This document shows, piece by piece, positions 60,641 through 64,000 of a stretch of DNA of 64,000 nucleotides. Each line of letters starts with the position of its first letter. Position 1 is the stretch's first letter. A program made the position numbers and the translations under genes. The notes beneath the pieces are model-generated. The model saw only the letters and a list, made by a program, of their open reading frames with translations. It had not been told where the DNA came from and did no database searches. The stretch is from Utricularia gibba (Eukaryota > Plantae > Magnoliophyta), in the NCBI GenBank assembly GCA_002189035.1, contig NEEC01000007.1, forward strand, positions 1,674,001 through 1,738,000, written 5' to 3'.

Positions 60641-62155
60641 ATGACCGGAAAGGAACTCATGCAGAAAGTGAAGGTATTTGTTCTTTTCTCCTCTTGGGCG
60701 TCATATGCTGCAAGTGTATTTCCCTAGAAGACAAGGTGTTTGATATTTTGCGCGACTCAGTTTTGGTATGTTCTTGCAGGAGAAAGTGGGCTTGGGTTCT
60801 CCCACTTCGGACACAACAGGGAAGGGAAAGAGCGCGTTCAACCGTCACATTACCCATGGATATCATATGGTTGAGGGTAAAAGTGGGCACGCCATGGAAG
60901 ATTATGCCTTCGCTCAATTTAAAAAAGTTGGTGACAATGAACTTGGTCTATTTGCGATATTTGATGGCCATTTAAGCCGTGAGATACCTGCATATTTAAA
61001 GTCTCATCTTTTCAATAACATCTTGATCCAGGTTAGCTCACCTGATATCTTGCTAACTTTTAAATATATGTTTACCGGTTTTCATCTCCATGTCTCATGG
61101 CCTATGTAGCCGGAGTTCTGGGATTGTCCTGAGCGCGCAATGAGAAAAGCATATCGTGTAACTGATGACAAAATCCTTGAGAAAGCTCAGGATCTGGGTT
61201 GTGGAGGCTCAACTGCGGTGACAGCAATTTTGATCAACTGTCAGAAGCTCGTGGTCGCCAATGTTGGTGATTCTAGAGCTGTACTATGCAGGAACGGTGT
61301 GGCTAAGCAATTGTCCGTTGATCATGAGCCTGAAAAAGAAAGGGATGAGATTGAAAACCGGGGAGGCTTTGTTACCAAGTTCCCAGGTATCTATGATTTG
61401 GCATTTATCTTCACTGTAGTCTCCGTTCCCAATATTTCACTCACTTGGGGTCCCTGTGTAAAAGAAATCTTAAAGCATTTGGTTATTTGAACTAAGCAAT
61501 ACTCCCTATCTGCATCATCTTAGCCATGATGCAGTGCATAATTTTTTAGTTCTTGAAGTCATTATGTATACATGGTGTTGAACTGGATTTTTCTTAACCG
61601 ATTGAACTGGCCAAGTTTAGATTTTGCTCCAATCAAGAGACATATAAAGTCAGAAGGGAAGAGTCTGGTTGTATAGTGGCAGCATCCTCTGTTCAGATTA
61701 TCCATGTTAGGATTGCATAATCACAGGCACCACATACCTTTCCATGTTTATCTGCATTCCTTATACATCATGCTTTCTTTCCATTACAAGGTGACGTCCC
61801 TCGTGTCGACGGGCAACTTGCCGTATCACGAGCATTCGGTGATAAAACCCTGAAGGAGCATCTTAGCGCAGAGCCATATGTTGCTGTGGAGCAAATAGAC
61901 GAGGAAACTGAGTTCATGATACTGGCCAGTGATGGCATTTGGAAGGTGAGCGTGTCTCTTACCGCTTCTGGGGTTCTGATCACTAAGATTTGATCTATTT
62001 GATTACTAAACAAGCAGGTTATGTCAAACCAAGAAGCGGCTAATTGCATCAAGAACACCAAAGATGCGAGATGGGCTGCAAAACAGCTGAACGAGGAGGC
62101 TTTGGCTAGAAAAAGCAAAGATGACATATCTTGCATTGTTGTAAGGTTTGGCTAG
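60641..62155 (+). CDS. Protein phosphatase 2C (clade F-like), 5 exons
   Basis: Exons 60641-60673, 60780-61031, 61110-61386, 61791-61945, 62018-62155. Motifs MEDY, LFAIFDGH, GGSTAVT, ANVGDSRAV, LSVDHEP, LAVSRAFGD, LASDGIWK, DDISCIVV. Confidence 0.93.
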
Positions 62156-62414
62156 AAAAGCAGCAACTTTTCCCTTTTGCGCTGCTTTTGAGCTCGATGG
62201 GGCTACGGCAAAATAAAAAACATCTGCATATCTGTCTCTCATCAGATGAATAGCGCATATTGGAGTTTGGTATATAAAAAATTTATTTTCATTAAATAAT
62301 AAAATTAAATGGGTGATTTTGGCGTTAGGGCTCGAAGCTAGTTTAGTTACGAAAATTGGGAAAAAAAGAAAGAGGCGTTTAAAACGATAGAAAGCGAGGT
62401 GGTGATTCGTGTGA

Positions 62415-63700
62415 ATGGCGGAGATCAAGAGAGTCGGGGTGGTCGGAAGCGGCCTAATGGGTGCGGGGATAGCCCAGCTCGCTGCCGTGAGTGGATTTCA
62501 TGTTTTGATTTATGACTCCAATGCGGAGGCTCTTTCTAGAGCGGTGGAATCGATTTCTTTCAGAATCCGAAGTCTTGTCTCCCGGGGCAAATTGAGGGAG
62601 GTTCGGAATTCTGTTGATTCTGATAAAATTTTCTTCTTGCTGGGCATGAGTTCCCCTGTTTTATAACCTATAGGCTGAAGGAGAGGAAGCGGTGAAGAAT
62701 TTAGGGTCCGCTTCTGCTTTGGAAGATTTTTCTTCTATGGACATCGTGATCGAGGCCATTGCGGAATCGGAAGATGTGAAAAAGAAGCTGTTTGCCGAAT
62801 TGGATAACATTGTGCAAAGTTCCGGAATTTTGGCTTCGAACACCAGCTCAATTTCTATAACTCGTTTAGCTTCTGCAACTTCCAGGCAAAGGCAGGTTCG
62901 CTATTAGTTACAGCTTACATTGATAAGGATAATAAGTCAACCCATTAAGGCTCCCTTTTCGTAACTCATGTTGTTCCTTTGAAAGAATAAGCTCATTGTA
63001 TTCCATGTATGTCATTGAAATGCACTTGCTCAGCCCACCATCTGTTATGCGGCTTGTTGCCGTTCTCTGTTTTTTTGAGCGGTGGATTCATTTGTTAAAT
63101 GGTACGATATGCCTCATGATTTGAAAAAAAAACTGTTGGAGAATCAGCCCATTGTGTTGTTTGCAGGTCATTGGGATGCACTTTATGAACCCCCACCTGT
63201 TATGCCACTTGTTGAGATCATTAAAGGGGCACATACATCATCTGAGACATTTGAAGCAACAAAATCTCTAGCTGAAAGGTGATGAAAGAGACTACTTGCT
63301 CCAGTTCCATCCAGTGTTCTGTTTAATATTCCCAGTTCAGCATCTTCCTTTTGCTTGCAGGCTAGGCAAGAAGATAGTCTGCTCTGAGGATTTCCCTGGC
63401 TTCATCGTAAACCGGATCCTGATGCCAATGATAAACGAAGCCTTTCACGTGCTTTATTCTGGAGTGGCAACAAAGGAGGACATTGATGCAGGAATGAAGC
63501 TGGGAACGAACCATCCGATGGGTCCCCTGCAACTGGCTGATCATATTGGACTCGATGTTTGCTTGTCGATCATGAGAGTCCTCCACACCGGCCTTGGCGA
63601 TACTAAATATACACCATGCCCTCTGCTTGTACAGTACGTCGATGCAGGCCGCCTTGGCAAGAAAAGCGGCATGGGCGTGTATACTTACGGGAAGATGTAG
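62415..63700 (+). CDS. 3-hydroxybutyryl-CoA / 3-hydroxyacyl-CoA dehydrogenase, 4 exons; one apparent frameshift
   Basis: Rossmann [38 protein letters not shown](PPVM), [43 protein letters not shown]. Confidence 0.92.
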
Positions 63701-63887
63701 AGCTAAAACGAGGCTAATGTTTGAGACCATGCCAAAGGCCACCCTTTGGTGAATGAAGCTTCTCTTAGCTTATGAGTAATGTAAAGCAAGGAACAATGGC
63801 GATCACTACATGGGGTTTCTAAATTTGAAGTACACTTGTGAAGGAAGTCTTTATCAAGGGAAGTTGTTGCATCTGCATCAAGTGAAG

Positions 63888-64000
63888 TCATTCACCATAT
63901 CCGCAGAGACCATTCTCACACCTTACTCCTTTGCTGCATATGAAACTGCATTTCCCGCAGTGATCTCTATCCCGTTCAACATCCCGACACTCTCCATCGC
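63888..64000 (-). CDS. C-terminus of a STIG1-family cysteine-rich secreted protein (gene extends beyond the window)
   Basis: Reverse-strand translation DGECRDVERDRDHCGKCSFICSKGVRCENGLCGYGE* fits the STIG1 pattern C.D...D..(N/H)CG.C...C....C..GLCGY. Confidence 0.75.
   Translation of the reverse strand, partial: DGECRDVERDRDHCGKCSFICSKGVRCENGLCGYGE

Noticed and set aside
3444-63194. Genuine mass pseudogenisation or programmed frameshifting as the explanation of the frameshifts
   Set aside because: Apart from the stops caused by the shifted frames, there are no independent nonsense mutations or motif decay. The lesions are nearly all one-base contractions of G/C runs, the classic signature of uncorrected long-read consensus.
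1-64000. tRNA, rRNA, snoRNA or conserved miRNA hairpins
   Set aside because: Scanning by eye found no T-loop/cloverleaf, rRNA signature, or mature sequence of the common conserved plant miRNAs. A tRNAscan-SE or Infernal run would be needed to exclude them formally.

Overview
Eukaryotic nuclear DNA from a very gene-dense eudicot plant. I find about 24 protein-coding genes in 64 kb (two are cut by the window edges), many 60-100 nt GT-AG introns, and some intergenic gaps under 300 bp. This suggests a miniature asterid/Lamiales genome such as Lentibulariaceae (inference only). Gene order: TM9SF/TMN (partial), solanesyl-diphosphate synthase, CYP72A, CASP-like 2A, ribokinase, UBP25, BBX22, CAD/8HGO-like MDR, VTE6, ALOG/LSH, an uncharacterised EWEVL-ending protein, TBL31-like xylan acetyltransferase, two tandem miR319-targeted CIN/TCP4 genes, group-E bZIP, PME31, HCF243-like, DUF1685, SR/K-rich protein, calreticulin, Sec61-alpha, PP2C, 3-hydroxybutyryl-CoA dehydrogenase and a STIG1-like protein (partial). 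No rRNA, tRNA, CRISPR array or intact transposon was seen. Three points stand out. (1) The TCP4 tandem duplicate shares a hidden 50-codon in-frame N-terminal extension and a 50/51-identical intronic element, but copy 2 lacks the upstream ATG exon and promoter, so CUG initiation or promoter replacement is possible. (2) There are 12 apparent single-base frameshifts in 8 conserved genes, 11 of them repairable by lengthening a G/C homopolymer; these are most likely long-read assembly errors. (3) The first 22 kb holds a loose isoprenoid-related neighbourhood (SPS, CYP72A, a divergent 8HGO/CAD-like enzyme, VTE6). Family names come from recalled motifs, not database searches. Exon coordinates were read by eye.
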